Counted from the first letter of the stretch, positions 7,444 to 16,521 are shown. The stretch is DNA of 24,000 bases from Caldivirga maquilingensis IC-167 (GCF_000018305.1 NC_009954.1:30025-54024); one strand, 5' to 3'. Program-made: numbers and translations. Notes: generated from the letters alone by a model not told the origin.

Positions 7444-9012
7444 TTACTTAATTCCACTGCCCTCATTAACCCGCTTCATTAAGGCTAATCCCACATACTT
7501 CTCGTATGCTTTAATATTCTTAAGTGAGTCAACGTAAATAATGAAGCACTCACCACTGCACTTAATGAACTTAACCAAATCCCTATACTTATCCTCCACC
7601 AGTATTACTGAGTCCCTTATCTCATATTTAATCGGCCTTGGTTTAACATTCACACGTACCGTTTGGGAGAAGGGGTATACGTCGCTTAATTCAATTGGGA
7701 TTAAGCCGTAGACCTCATTATATGTGAAAACCCTTACACCCAACCTAGTAACTTCATTGGCTATTTGAGTCCTTATGAAGGGTTCCTCATAGTCACCAAT
7801 AATAATGAGGACATTGGTTAAAACACCCATACCCTTAATCAACCTCCTTAATCTACGCCTAGCCCACTGAACCTCAGGTCTCGCTAAGTCACTATTATCC
7901 AGAATACTCAACTGCGTTGCATTAACCTTAAGCCCACTGGCTAATTTAATGGTTAGTTTACGGAATAGTGAACTATTACTTAAGGTTAAGTAAGCCCTAT
8001 AAACCGATGGATGCTGCCTAGCCTTCTGAGCCACGTAGCTCCAGATATCATGCTCCTTAATCCTCTGCTTAATCTCCATTAACTCCCTTGACAGTGTCCA
8101 CAGGTTATGCTGGGCAATTAACCTAATCCTCTCCTCCTTACTCATCTCCATTAACTCCCCAGCCCTCTTACCGCAGCCATCAAGGACGTAATCCTTATCC
8201 AATTCACTTAACCTAACAGTCCTACTGCTTAATATTATTCTATCATCATTGGCGTAAAGCATGTATGAGGCTGAGTCGAATAAATCAATACCTAAGGCGA
8301 CCGCTAGGGGTAGTATTAATGGGTGGCCGACACCGAATAAGTGTACTGGTTTACCGGGTGGTATTATTGACTTAACCGTGAGTATCATTTTAATTATGCC
8401 TGTGAAATTATAAGCCTGAAGCAGTGTAGTGGGGCTACCTATTGCATATATGTCGAAGGGTAATTCAGAAACCATCCTAGCTGAGTAGGCCAGTAAATCC
8501 CTATAAACACCCCCCTGGGTTGGTCCAACTATAAGCATTCTATGTTCAGGATCCAGCTCCTTAAGTTGAAGTATAGCCCTCCTGGCCCTCCTAATGGTTT
8601 CATTAACCTCAACCTCCACAAGCTCCCTTGGCCTAGGGTAACTGGTTGGTATATCCAGTATAACGCCTATATCACTACCTATTTCAACCTGGTACCTTAA
8701 GGCCTCATCAGGACTCACCTCAATGTTACCGTACTGGAGTATTTGATATGCGCCTGAATCAGTCATTAATGGGCCATCCCAGCCTATGATTTCATGAAGC
8801 CCAACCTCCCTGGCGGCGTCACCGTAGGTTTTCCTTATAATGTAGGCGTTGGTTATGATTTGATTGAAACCAAGCTCCTTAATCCTACTTAAATCAACGT
8901 ACTGCTTACTTGGGTTTATTACAGGGAATAATGCAGGAGTCTCTATTACACCATGCCTAGTGTACAGTTTACCAATCCTAGCTATCTCATCCTTCTCTAT
9001 TACCTCAAACAT
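7444..9012 (-). CDS. tgtA: Archaeosine tRNA-guanine transglycosylase homolog (no PUA domain, zinc motif degenerate)
   Basis: 522 aa. TGT catalytic-core motifs LMTDSGAYQ and LFGVGHP...GIDLFDSASY. C1/C2-like region ending in YPFSQT. The ATG overlaps the stop of the upstream Sm gene by 1 nt (TAATG). Confidence 0.8.
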   Translation of the reverse strand: MFEVIEKDEIARIGKLYTRHGVIETPALFPVINPSKQYVDLSRIKELGFNQIITNAYIIRKTYGDAAREVGLHEIIGWDGPLMTDSGAYQILQYGNIEVSPDEALRYQVEIGSDIGVILDIPTSYPRPRELVEVEVNETIRRARRAILQLKELDPEHRMLIVGPTQGGVYRDLLAYSARMVSELPFDIYAIGSPTTLLQAYNFTGIIKMILTVKSIIPPGKPVHLFGVGHPLILPLAVALGIDLFDSASYMLYANDDRIILSSRTVRLSELDKDYVLDGCGKRAGELMEMSKEERIRLIAQHNLWTLSRELMEIKQRIKEHDIWSYVAQKARQHPSVYRAYLTLSNSSLFRKLTIKLASGLKVNATQLSILDNSDLARPEVQWARRRLRRLIKGMGVLTNVLIIIGDYEEPFIRTQIANEVTRLGVRVFTYNEVYGLIPIELSDVYPFSQTVRVNVKPRPIKYEIRDSVILVEDKYRDLVKFIKCSGECFIIYVDSLKNIKAYEKYVGLALMKRVNEGSGIK

Positions 9013-9434
9013 TACCTCTTCCTCGATTGGACGTATTCATCGTAAATCTCCTTAACCCTCCTAGCCACTAATCCAGTTCCCTTAACACCCTCCTCGGTAA
9101 CAGTAACGTTCTCGCTCACTATTATGGTATTGGTTTCCTCAATGTACTTCACCATTCCTGGGAAGTACTTCTCAAGTATTTTCGCCAACTCCCTTAAGTC
9201 AATGTACTCCTCCACTAGGGCAATATCCCTAATTGCCTCTGATTTAATTAAAACCTTAGGGAACCTTTCATTCCTATCATTGGTAACGTCAACTAGGACA
9301 ATATTTAATCCCTGATCTATACCGACTAATTGCCCCCTGTAGAATGAGCCACCTATGAGGTTAACTAGAACCTTCCTACCTAACATACCCATTACCTCCG
9401 CGTTGAATCGCCTTGCTCCTTCACCAAAAGCCAT
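9012..9434 (-). CDS. Sm-like archaeal protein with C-terminal extension (SmAP3 type)
   Basis: 140 aa. The N-terminal Sm fold signature (GRKVLVNLIGGSFYRGQLVGIDQGLNIVLVDV) is followed by about 70 extra residues, as in the crenarchaeal SmAP3 class. TATA at 9458..9465, about 27 nt upstream of the ATG. Confidence 0.7.
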   Translation of the reverse strand: MAFGEGARRFNAEVMGMLGRKVLVNLIGGSFYRGQLVGIDQGLNIVLVDVTNDRNERFPKVLIKSEAIRDIALVEEYIDLRELAKILEKYFPGMVKYIEETNTIIVSENVTVTEEGVKGTGLVARRVKEIYDEYVQSRKR

Positions 9435-9457
9435 ACCAGTGGACTTATGCAGTGGCC

Positions 9458-9465
9458 TTTTTAAA
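9458..9465. promoter_or_regulatory. Possible shared bidirectional TATA element (TTTTTAAA) between the Sm gene and the Rpo8-like gene
   Basis: The box centre (about 9461.5) is 27.5 nt from the minus-strand ATG at 9434 and 26.5 nt from the plus-strand ATG at 9488. Confidence 0.4.
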
Positions 9466-9487
9466 CTCTAATAGTATAAACCCACCT

Positions 9488-9835
9488 ATGTACGAGTATA
9501 GAGGTACGTATAAGGTTACGGGGATTGAGTATGAGCCTAATAATGTGGTTAAGCTTAGGCTTGAGGGTGAGGGTTCATTAATTACCGTTGAGTTACCTGC
9601 CATTATTAATAAGTTTAAGCAAGGTGACTCGGTTTTAATATCCCTCTCCAGTAGTAAGGATGAGAATTATAAGGGGAATTGGGATGTATACATGTGGGGT
9701 ATGGTGTATTACCTCGGGGAGAACTTTATGAGAATATCAATAGGCGGCTTCATACTTCACTTGGAGGGTAATGTAAGCAGTAGGCCGAATCTAGGTGATA
9801 AAATTTACGTTGGTTTAAAACTATTAACTAATTGA
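9488..9835 (+). CDS. rpo8: RNA polymerase subunit Rpo8 (RpoG, Rpb8-like)
   Basis: 115 aa from the internal ATG (MYEYRGTYKV...). The C-terminal YMWGMVYY...ISIGGFILHLEGN....GDKIYVGLKLL resembles the eukaryotic Rpb8 pattern Y-V-M-Y-G-K-V-Y ... S-F-GGLLMRLQG ... VYLLMKKL, recalled from memory. The track's TTG start at 9413 would overlap the divergent Sm gene and the promoter. Confidence 0.6.
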   Translation: MYEYRGTYKVTGIEYEPNNVVKLRLEGEGSLITVELPAIINKFKQGDSVLISLSSSKDENYKGNWDVYMWGMVYYLGENFMRISIGGFILHLEGNVSSRPNLGDKIYVGLKLLTN

Positions 9836-9851
9836 TATTTTATTATCTTAG

Positions 9852-11525
9852 TTACTCAAAGCTTCCTGATGAACCAGCCCCCTCCTCCCCCTCCTTCTTA
9901 CCCTTCTCACCGCCGCTTTCAATCTTACTTGCGGCAATTATCTCATCAATCCTAAGGATCATTGATGTAGCCTCCACAGCAGCCTTATAGGCCTGGGTCT
10001 TAACAACCAGTGGTTCAATAATGTTCATTGCAACCATGTCAGCCACCTTACCGCTGAAGGCGTCAATACCGTACTTCCACCCATCCTCCCTGCTCTCATG
10101 CATGTGCCTAAGCTCAGTGAGTATATCTACTGCATCAAGGCCGGCGTTCTCCGCAAGTGTCTTAGGCACTGCCTCTAATGCGTTAGCGAAGGCCTCAATT
10201 GCGTACTGCTCCCTACCACTAACCTTAGCCGCCAACTGCCTAACTGCCTTTGCTGCCTCAATCTCAGGTGCACCACCGCCTGGTACTATGAATGGGTTCT
10301 CTATTACATCTGATACTACACTTAAGGCATCTGTTAGATTCCTCTCAGCTTCATCAACCAGTCTCTCAAACCCACCCCTAATGAGGATGCTCACTGCCTT
10401 CGGGTTCCTGCACTGTTCAACGAACACCATCTTCTCATCCCCAACCCTCCTCTCCTCAACAAGACCAGCGAAGCCTAGGTCATTCTCAGTTAAATCATCT
10501 ATATTAGTTACCAGTCTCCCTCCAGTTGCCCTAACAAGCTTCTCAATGTCACTCCTCTTAACCCTCCTAACAGCCATAATACCGGCCTTAGCCAGGTAGT
10601 ATTGGGCTATGTCATCAATACCCTTGGTTGTGAAGACTACATTGGCGCCTATTGACTTAAGCTTATCAACGTAACCCCTCAGTATATTCTCCTCCTCATC
10701 TAGGAACGCCTTAATTTGGGTTGGGTCCTGGATCCTAATCTCTGCATCAATCTCAGGCTTCTCAACCTCAAGTGGCGCATCAAGTAGAGCTATCTTAGCG
10801 TTAGTGATCTTCTTAGGCATTGCGGCATGAACAACCTCCTTATCAACAACCACACCCTGAATGAGTTGAGTATCAAGTAGACTGCCGCCGTGCTTCTTAA
10901 CTAATTGAACATTATCCAAGTCCGCAATCCACTTATCACCCCTCTGCTCCTTAATCATTGATACTGCCCTGGCCGCTAATTCAGCGAATTGATCCTTAAC
11001 GGTTTCACTAATCTTACCATGCATTGAGGTTGCAGCAACCTTCTTAAGAACATCAATATTATCCCTATCCACTGGGGTAGCTATCTTGGTTAAGTACTGG
11101 ATTGCGGCGTCAAGACCCTTCTTAAAGCCTGATATTATTACGGTTGGGTGAATGTTCTTCTCAATCAACTTCTCAGCCTCATCAAGCAGCGCCCCAGCTA
11201 ATACTACTGCTGTGGTTGTACCGTCACCAACCTCATCATCCTGCGTCTTAGCTATCTCAACAAGCAGCTTACCTATTGGGTGCTGTACATCCATTTCATT
11301 AAGTATTGTTGCGCCATCATTGGTTATAGTTATGTCACCGAGGCTATCAATAAGCATCTTATCCATGCCCTTAGGCCCCAGTGTAGTCCTCATTACCTCT
11401 GATACCGCCTTAGCAACCATTATGTTTATCCTAAGCGCCTCCTTACCAAAGGCCCTCTGCGTCCCCTCCTTAAGTACTAGTACAGGGACTCCACCTATCT
11501 GAGCAATGTAGGCCTGCTGACTCAT
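9852..11525 (-). CDS. ths: Thermosome subunit (group II chaperonin, CCT/TCP-1 family)
   Basis: 557 aa. Motifs [32 protein letters not shown] and VPGGGAPE. Gly/Glu-rich C-terminal tail. TATA TTTATATA (11554..11547, minus strand) 21 nt upstream of the ATG. Confidence 0.95.
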   Translation of the reverse strand: MSQQAYIAQIGGVPVLVLKEGTQRAFGKEALRINIMVAKAVSEVMRTTLGPKGMDKMLIDSLGDITITNDGATILNEMDVQHPIGKLLVEIAKTQDDEVGDGTTTAVVLAGALLDEAEKLIEKNIHPTVIISGFKKGLDAAIQYLTKIATPVDRDNIDVLKKVAATSMHGKISETVKDQFAELAARAVSMIKEQRGDKWIADLDNVQLVKKHGGSLLDTQLIQGVVVDKEVVHAAMPKKITNAKIALLDAPLEVEKPEIDAEIRIQDPTQIKAFLDEEENILRGYVDKLKSIGANVVFTTKGIDDIAQYYLAKAGIMAVRRVKRSDIEKLVRATGGRLVTNIDDLTENDLGFAGLVEERRVGDEKMVFVEQCRNPKAVSILIRGGFERLVDEAERNLTDALSVVSDVIENPFIVPGGGAPEIEAAKAVRQLAAKVSGREQYAIEAFANALEAVPKTLAENAGLDAVDILTELRHMHESREDGWKYGIDAFSGKVADMVAMNIIEPLVVKTQAYKAAVEATSMILRIDEIIAASKIESGGEKGKKEGEEGAGSSGSFE

Positions 11526-11615
11526 ACGTGCCCTTAAAACCGCTTCTATATAAACCTTTCCTAATGTAGCGGAAGTAAAGACACATGTTAAACCAGCCTA
11601 AAAGCAACATGCACT

Positions 11616-11649
11616 AAATCCTTAATAATCACGGGGTTATTAAGGATTT
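11616..11649. promoter_or_regulatory. 13-bp perfect inverted repeat AAATCCTTAATAA / TTATTAAGGATTT (8-nt spacer) abutting the Nudix start codon
   Basis: Arms 11616..11628 and 11637..11649, checked base by base. The left arm contains the TATA-like TTAATAA centred about 25 nt upstream of the ATG at 11650. The right arm covers the expected transcription start. Confidence 0.6.
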
Positions 11650-12117
11650 ATGATACTCCTTGAAACGTTACTATACATAATTAAGAACGGTAAAGTACTG
11701 CTAATAAGGAAGAAGAGGGGATTAGGTGCCGGTTACTTCAATGGTGTTGGCGGTAAGGTTGAGGATAATGAGGATGTTAACAATGCGGCAATCAGGGAAT
11801 GCATAGAGGAGATCGGCGTTAAACCAAGGGGATTAAAATGGATGGGGCTCCTGGAGTTCTGGAACTACGATAATAATGCGATTGAATCCATTCACTTCGT
11901 TCACGTATTCACAGCCAGTGATTACAATGGTGAACCCAGGGAGAGTGATGAAGCTGAGCCACTTTGGTTTAACATTAATGAAATACCCTTCAACTCAATG
12001 TGGGAGGATGACTCACTCTGGCTACCCTTAATTTTAAGTGGACGAAGAATATACGGTAGATTCATTTTTAATAAATGGAGGATGATAAGTCATGAAGTTC
12101 ACTCAATCTGCACTTAA
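11650..12117 (+). CDS. Nudix hydrolase (MutT-like)
   Basis: 155 aa with a clear Nudix box: GGKVEDNEDVNNAAIRECIEEIGV (G-x5-E-x7-REUxEExGU). Confidence 0.85.
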   Translation: MILLETLLYIIKNGKVLLIRKKRGLGAGYFNGVGGKVEDNEDVNNAAIRECIEEIGVKPRGLKWMGLLEFWNYDNNAIESIHFVHVFTASDYNGEPRESDEAEPLWFNINEIPFNSMWEDDSLWLPLILSGRRIYGRFIFNKWRMISHEVHSICT

Positions 12118-12261
12118 CGCTCATCGTTAACTCAGTAGACTATTAATTATTCAAGCACCCTGCGCCTTAATTTCATTTAACTAATCTAATTCTATATACT
12201 ATGTCAAGTTTTATACTTGCACTATACAAAATGTAAGGAGAATTAACCCTATGGGTAATGC

Positions 12262-12270
12262 TTAAATATA
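12262..12270 (+). promoter_or_regulatory. TATA box (TTAAATATA) of the glutamate-synthase-like operon
   Basis: Centred 24 nt upstream of the GTG start at 12290. It follows a 172-nt AT-rich intergenic region. Confidence 0.45.
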
Positions 12271-12289
12271 CCCTATTAGCTAGCCCACT

Positions 12290-14515
12290 GTGCACTACGT
12301 AGAACGCCTTGATAATATAAGGATTATAAATAGTTTCCTAAAGATACTCAATAAAGATTATACAAGAGACTTCTGGAGCAGTAGCGTTGTTGAGGAGATT
12401 AGGCAAATGGCAGTGACAGGGAAGCCTATTAGAATATTTAGAAGGGGGGTTAGGGCTTATAGAATCCTTGATAGGTTAAGCTTCGGTAAGGATGAAATTA
12501 TTCTAAATGGGGATGAGACCCATAGCTCGGATTTAACAACCACAATTAGTGGTATTGAGGTTGCTGCACCTATATATATTGGTGACATGTCATTCGGCTC
12601 ACTCTCAGGGGTCCCTAATGTTGTTGTGGCCGAGGTTGCTGATGAACTCAACCTAGTAGCCGGAACAGGGGAGGGGGGTCTTCACCCTGATGTTGCTAAG
12701 CATAGGAGGATATTTGTTCAATGGGCCTCAGCTAGGTTTGGGGTTGACATAGATGTATTAATGAGGGGGTTAGGTATAGTGATTAAGATTGGGCAGGGTG
12801 CTAAACCCGGTATAGGTGGGCACCTGCCTGGTAGTAAGGTGACTGGGGTCATTTCAATGGTTAGGAGAATACCCATTGGTGTTGATGCCTTATCTCCAGC
12901 TCCTCACCATGATATATATTCAATAGAGGATCTTAAGCAGAGGATTGATGCGCTTAAGGAGGCTACAGGTAAACCAGTCTTAGTTAAGATAGCTGCCACT
13001 AATTACGCCCCCTACATTGCCGTTGGGATAGCTAGAATGGGTGCCGATGGGGTGATAATTGATGGACACGGCGCCGGAACTGGAGCGGCACCACAGGTTG
13101 TTAAGGATAACGTGGGTGTACCCATAGAACTGGCCATAGCCTCAGTGGATAAGATGCTTAGGAGGGAGGGGCTTAGGGATGAGGTTACGGTAATAGCCTC
13201 GGGTAGGGTATCGTCGGCTGATGATGCCGCTAAGATTATGGCTTTAGGCGCTGATGCTGTTGCCTTAGGTACATCAGTGTTGAACTCAATGGGATGCATT
13301 ATGGCTAGGACATGCCACACAGGTAATTGCCCAGCCGGCATAACCAGTAGGTTAGCTGATGGCTCAGTGGTGGTTGATCATGACTTAGCCAAGAGGGCGG
13401 TAATGAATTACCTTAAGGCATTCCAAGTGGAGTTGGGGCTAATTCTTGATAATTTAGGCTTAAGGAGTGTAAGAGAGCTTGTTGGGAGGAGGGACTTACT
13501 TAAGGGGCATTGCATAACCGGTGAATTAACTAAGATACTTGATGTTGAAGGGGAATGCACTGGTGAATTACCGTTAAGGAACAGTGGCTCAGTATGGACC
13601 CCAGACTACTCAATTTACGCAAGTCAACTGGCTAAGAAGGGTGATGTAGTCATAAGCAGTATGGGTAGTACAGGACCCCCTGAGGTTGAGCCACCTAAGA
13701 GGCTTATTGATTGGCTTAGGTTAGATGGAGCCCAGGTTACTAAACCATCAATAGACCCCTATAGGGAGGATATAGATATGTCAGTTTACCTGGCGGGAGG
13801 GAGGTTACAGTTATCGGCGCCATTAATAATTAGGCCACTTACTACCTGGAGTCCTGAGCAGATTGAGAAAGCTAAATTCGTGGCGCATCTAATGGACTTA
13901 GCCATAGACCTGTACGGGTTTAGTAATCCATCAAGTAAGCATTCATCAAGAGTCATGTGGAATAAGTGGGTTAATGGAATTGGGGCATTAGTGCTTGATT
14001 TAAGGGACTTAAACGGCGTGAAGACTATATATGAGTATGATTCACCAATATACATTAGACTACCCCCATTACTAAACCCGATTAAAGCCGTTGAACCCTA
14101 CTTAAACCAAATCTCAGGCATCATAATAGATGATGCATTAAACGGTGAAGTGGACCCAGAGGTTTCAGTGGTTAACGCTGATCTTGAACTTAGGAGGAGG
14201 GGGATTAGGTATAGTGTGGATGTAATAATTCACATGACATCCCTCAGGAGCTCAGGGGATGCGGTTAAGTTGGCTGCATTAGGCGCCGACGCCGTGGAGG
14301 TGAGCTCAATAATAGGTAAGGCTGTTACCGCGGATGGGTTTGAGGATAAGTTAATAAACATTATTAATGGTTTAAGGAGGGAAATGGCTCAACTCCTTGG
14401 GGCAGCAGGCGTATACACTTATTACTCAACAATCGTTGGTAATAGGGAGTTGCTGAGAACCCTTGACCCAAGGGTTAAGGAACTACTTAAGGTTAAGGTG
14501 GCTGGGGAATGGTGA
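12290..14515 (+). CDS. Glutamate synthase large-subunit-like FMN/Fe-S domain protein (GltB domain 2) with a second, degenerate copy of the barrel
   Basis: 741 aa. Residues about 60-420 carry GltB FMN-barrel hallmarks (IYIGDMSFGSLS, GTGEGG, IKIGQGAKPGIGGHLPG, SPAPHHDIYSIEDL, DGHGAGTGAAP, LGADAVALGT) and the Fe-S cysteine triad CIMARTCHTGNCP (C-x5-C-x4-C). Residues about 470-741 repeat the outline (LRLDGAQVTKPSIDPYREDIDMSV...APLIIRPL; SSGDAVKLAALGADAVEVSS; LRREMAQLLGAAG) without the cysteines or the phosphate-binding glycines. Confidence 0.8.
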   Translation: MHYVERLDNIRIINSFLKILNKDYTRDFWSSSVVEEIRQMAVTGKPIRIFRRGVRAYRILDRLSFGKDEIILNGDETHSSDLTTTISGIEVAAPIYIGDMSFGSLSGVPNVVVAEVADELNLVAGTGEGGLHPDVAKHRRIFVQWASARFGVDIDVLMRGLGIVIKIGQGAKPGIGGHLPGSKVTGVISMVRRIPIGVDALSPAPHHDIYSIEDLKQRIDALKEATGKPVLVKIAATNYAPYIAVGIARMGADGVIIDGHGAGTGAAPQVVKDNVGVPIELAIASVDKMLRREGLRDEVTVIASGRVSSADDAAKIMALGADAVALGTSVLNSMGCIMARTCHTGNCPAGITSRLADGSVVVDHDLAKRAVMNYLKAFQVELGLILDNLGLRSVRELVGRRDLLKGHCITGELTKILDVEGECTGELPLRNSGSVWTPDYSIYASQLAKKGDVVISSMGSTGPPEVEPPKRLIDWLRLDGAQVTKPSIDPYREDIDMSVYLAGGRLQLSAPLIIRPLTTWSPEQIEKAKFVAHLMDLAIDLYGFSNPSSKHSSRVMWNKWVNGIGALVLDLRDLNGVKTIYEYDSPIYIRLPPLLNPIKAVEPYLNQISGIIIDDALNGEVDPEVSVVNADLELRRRGIRYSVDVIIHMTSLRSSGDAVKLAALGADAVEVSSIIGKAVTADGFEDKLINIINGLRREMAQLLGAAGVYTYYSTIVGNRELLRTLDPRVKELLKVKVAGEW

Positions 14516-16521
14516 TTGTGAACTATTACCCATCATCATGCGGAATACTAGGCATTATTAGGGCAGGCAACGCACCAGGCATAAGGGGTAGTGATGTAGT
14601 TGAGGCAATAAGTGCAGTCAAGTATAGGGGGGTTGGGCTTGGGGCTGGTTACGCAGCCATGAGGATTAATGGCCATGATAAGTATAGGGTTGGGTTATTT
14701 ACCATTAATGAACACCACAATGACGTTGAAAACCTAATCACTGAACACTTAAGCAGTAATGGAGCCAAGGTGGTTAACGTTAAGGTGAGGGGTAAGGTCG
14801 GTAAGGTGATTGATACTGAGTATGAGTTAGAGGGCGTGGATGGTAATATTGATCATTTAATGCATGAAATCAACAATAGGTTATGGGAACTGGGGGGAAT
14901 AGGTAGAGTTTACTACTGGGGGAGGCATATAACAGTCTTCAAGGGTATTGGACACCCTGATGAGGTGGCTAAACTATACGGTGTTAATGATTACGAGGCT
15001 GATGCATGGGTGGCGCATACGAGATTCCCAACCAATTCACCAGGTCACTTACCCTACTGGTCACACCCCTTCGCCTTAAATGATACCGCAATAGTACATA
15101 ACGGTGAATTAAGCTCCTACGGCGTAAACGCAGTGCATCTGGGAGTCACAATAGGGGTTAGGGGGCTTGTTGGCACTGATAGTGAGGCTGTAGCCTACAT
15201 ATTCAATTACTTGGTTAAGGTAATTGGACTAGACATTGAAACTGCGGTGAAGGTTCTTGTTAACCCATCCCTCAGGGGGATTACTGATCCATGGTTAATA
15301 AGGCTACTTAACGAGTACAGGTGGGCTAGGCTTGATGGACCCTTCACAATAATAATGATGATGCACCACATGAATGATATCTACCTAATAGCCCTAGCAG
15401 ATAGATTTAAGCTAAGGCCAGTGGTTATTGGTTACGATGGCCAATACTACTACGCCGCCAGTGAGGAGGCTGAAATTAGGGCAATCTCCCCAAATGCAAG
15501 AGTCTGGACTCTTGAGCCTGGTGGTTACTTAATAGTATCACTTAAGAGGGGGGTGGTGTCATGGGGTAGGCCTAAGGAGCAGTTGGATGTATTCTTCCCA
15601 CCTAGGTTGTTCCCAAGGCAGGTAAACGGGGATGTAATTAACGCTGAGGGTTTAGGGTATAGGGAGATTAATGAAGAGATACTTAGAAGGATTATGAATG
15701 GAAGTAGACTCGTCAGGGTGATTAACGTTAATGGTCAAAGATTCATAGGCGTTAACCTACCTAGGTATAAGCTTAAGGATGTTAGGGTTGAGATATATGG
15801 TACACCAGGCAATGCATTAGCCAACTTAAATAATGGCGTTGAATTCGTGGTCTACGGTAATGCCCAGGATGATGTAGCTGACACAATGCACGATGGTAAG
15901 GTTATTATCCACGGTGATGCAAGGGATGTTCTTGGACAAGCCTTCCAAGGCGGTAAAATATTCGTTAGGGGTAATGCAGGTAATAGGGTTGGGGTACAGA
16001 TGAGGGAGTACTCCAATAGGAGACCGTACTTAATCATTGGTGGTAGGGTTGATGACTACCTGGGTGAGTACATGGCTGGTGGAGTCATAGTGGTTTTAGG
16101 CATTGACGCCTATAGGGCTGGTAAGGACGTTGAATTAACGGGTAATTACGTGGGGAGTGGTATGGTTGGTGGTAGAATATTCATTAGGGGTAAGGTTGAT
16201 TACAGTAAGGTTGGCTTAGCACCATCGAAACATGAGGTAAAAGTACTGGTTGAAGCCTTAAGGGAGGAGGGTTACCCTGAGGACACCATTAATGAGTGGT
16301 TGAATAGGGTTCTTCAGGTTAGTCATGTACCAAGGCCAATGGCTAATTACAGGGAATTAACCGAGGATGAGGTTAGGGAATTAAAGCCAGTACTCATGGA
16401 TTACGCCAGGGAACTTAACATTGATGAGAATCTTATTGATGACTTAATAGGTGAAAAATACACTATCATTAAGCCAGGCATCAAGGGGGTTTTAACACAG
16501 GGCTATAAGGGATTTGAGTAA
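14509..16521 (+). CDS. Fusion of class-II (Ntn) glutamine amidotransferase (GltB domain 1-like) with the GXGXG beta-helix domain (GltB domain 3 / FwdC-like)
   Basis: 670 aa. The N-terminal part has SSCGILGI, RFPTNSPG and IVHNGELSSYG, typical of the GATase-2 fold. The C-terminal part has repeated G-x-x-G-x-x-x-G turns (YGTPGNALANLNNGVEFVVYGNAQDDVADTMHDGKVIIHGDARDVLGQAFQGGKIFVRGNAGNRVG...IIGGRVDDYLGEYMAGGVIVVLG). Its start overlaps the upstream stop by 7 nt. Confidence 0.8.
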   Translation: MVIVNYYPSSCGILGIIRAGNAPGIRGSDVVEAISAVKYRGVGLGAGYAAMRINGHDKYRVGLFTINEHHNDVENLITEHLSSNGAKVVNVKVRGKVGKVIDTEYELEGVDGNIDHLMHEINNRLWELGGIGRVYYWGRHITVFKGIGHPDEVAKLYGVNDYEADAWVAHTRFPTNSPGHLPYWSHPFALNDTAIVHNGELSSYGVNAVHLGVTIGVRGLVGTDSEAVAYIFNYLVKVIGLDIETAVKVLVNPSLRGITDPWLIRLLNEYRWARLDGPFTIIMMMHHMNDIYLIALADRFKLRPVVIGYDGQYYYAASEEAEIRAISPNARVWTLEPGGYLIVSLKRGVVSWGRPKEQLDVFFPPRLFPRQVNGDVINAEGLGYREINEEILRRIMNGSRLVRVINVNGQRFIGVNLPRYKLKDVRVEIYGTPGNALANLNNGVEFVVYGNAQDDVADTMHDGKVIIHGDARDVLGQAFQGGKIFVRGNAGNRVGVQMREYSNRRPYLIIGGRVDDYLGEYMAGGVIVVLGIDAYRAGKDVELTGNYVGSGMVGGRIFIRGKVDYSKVGLAPSKHEVKVLVEALREEGYPEDTINEWLNRVLQVSHVPRPMANYRELTEDEVRELKPVLMDYARELNIDENLIDDLIGEKYTIIKPGIKGVLTQGYKGFE

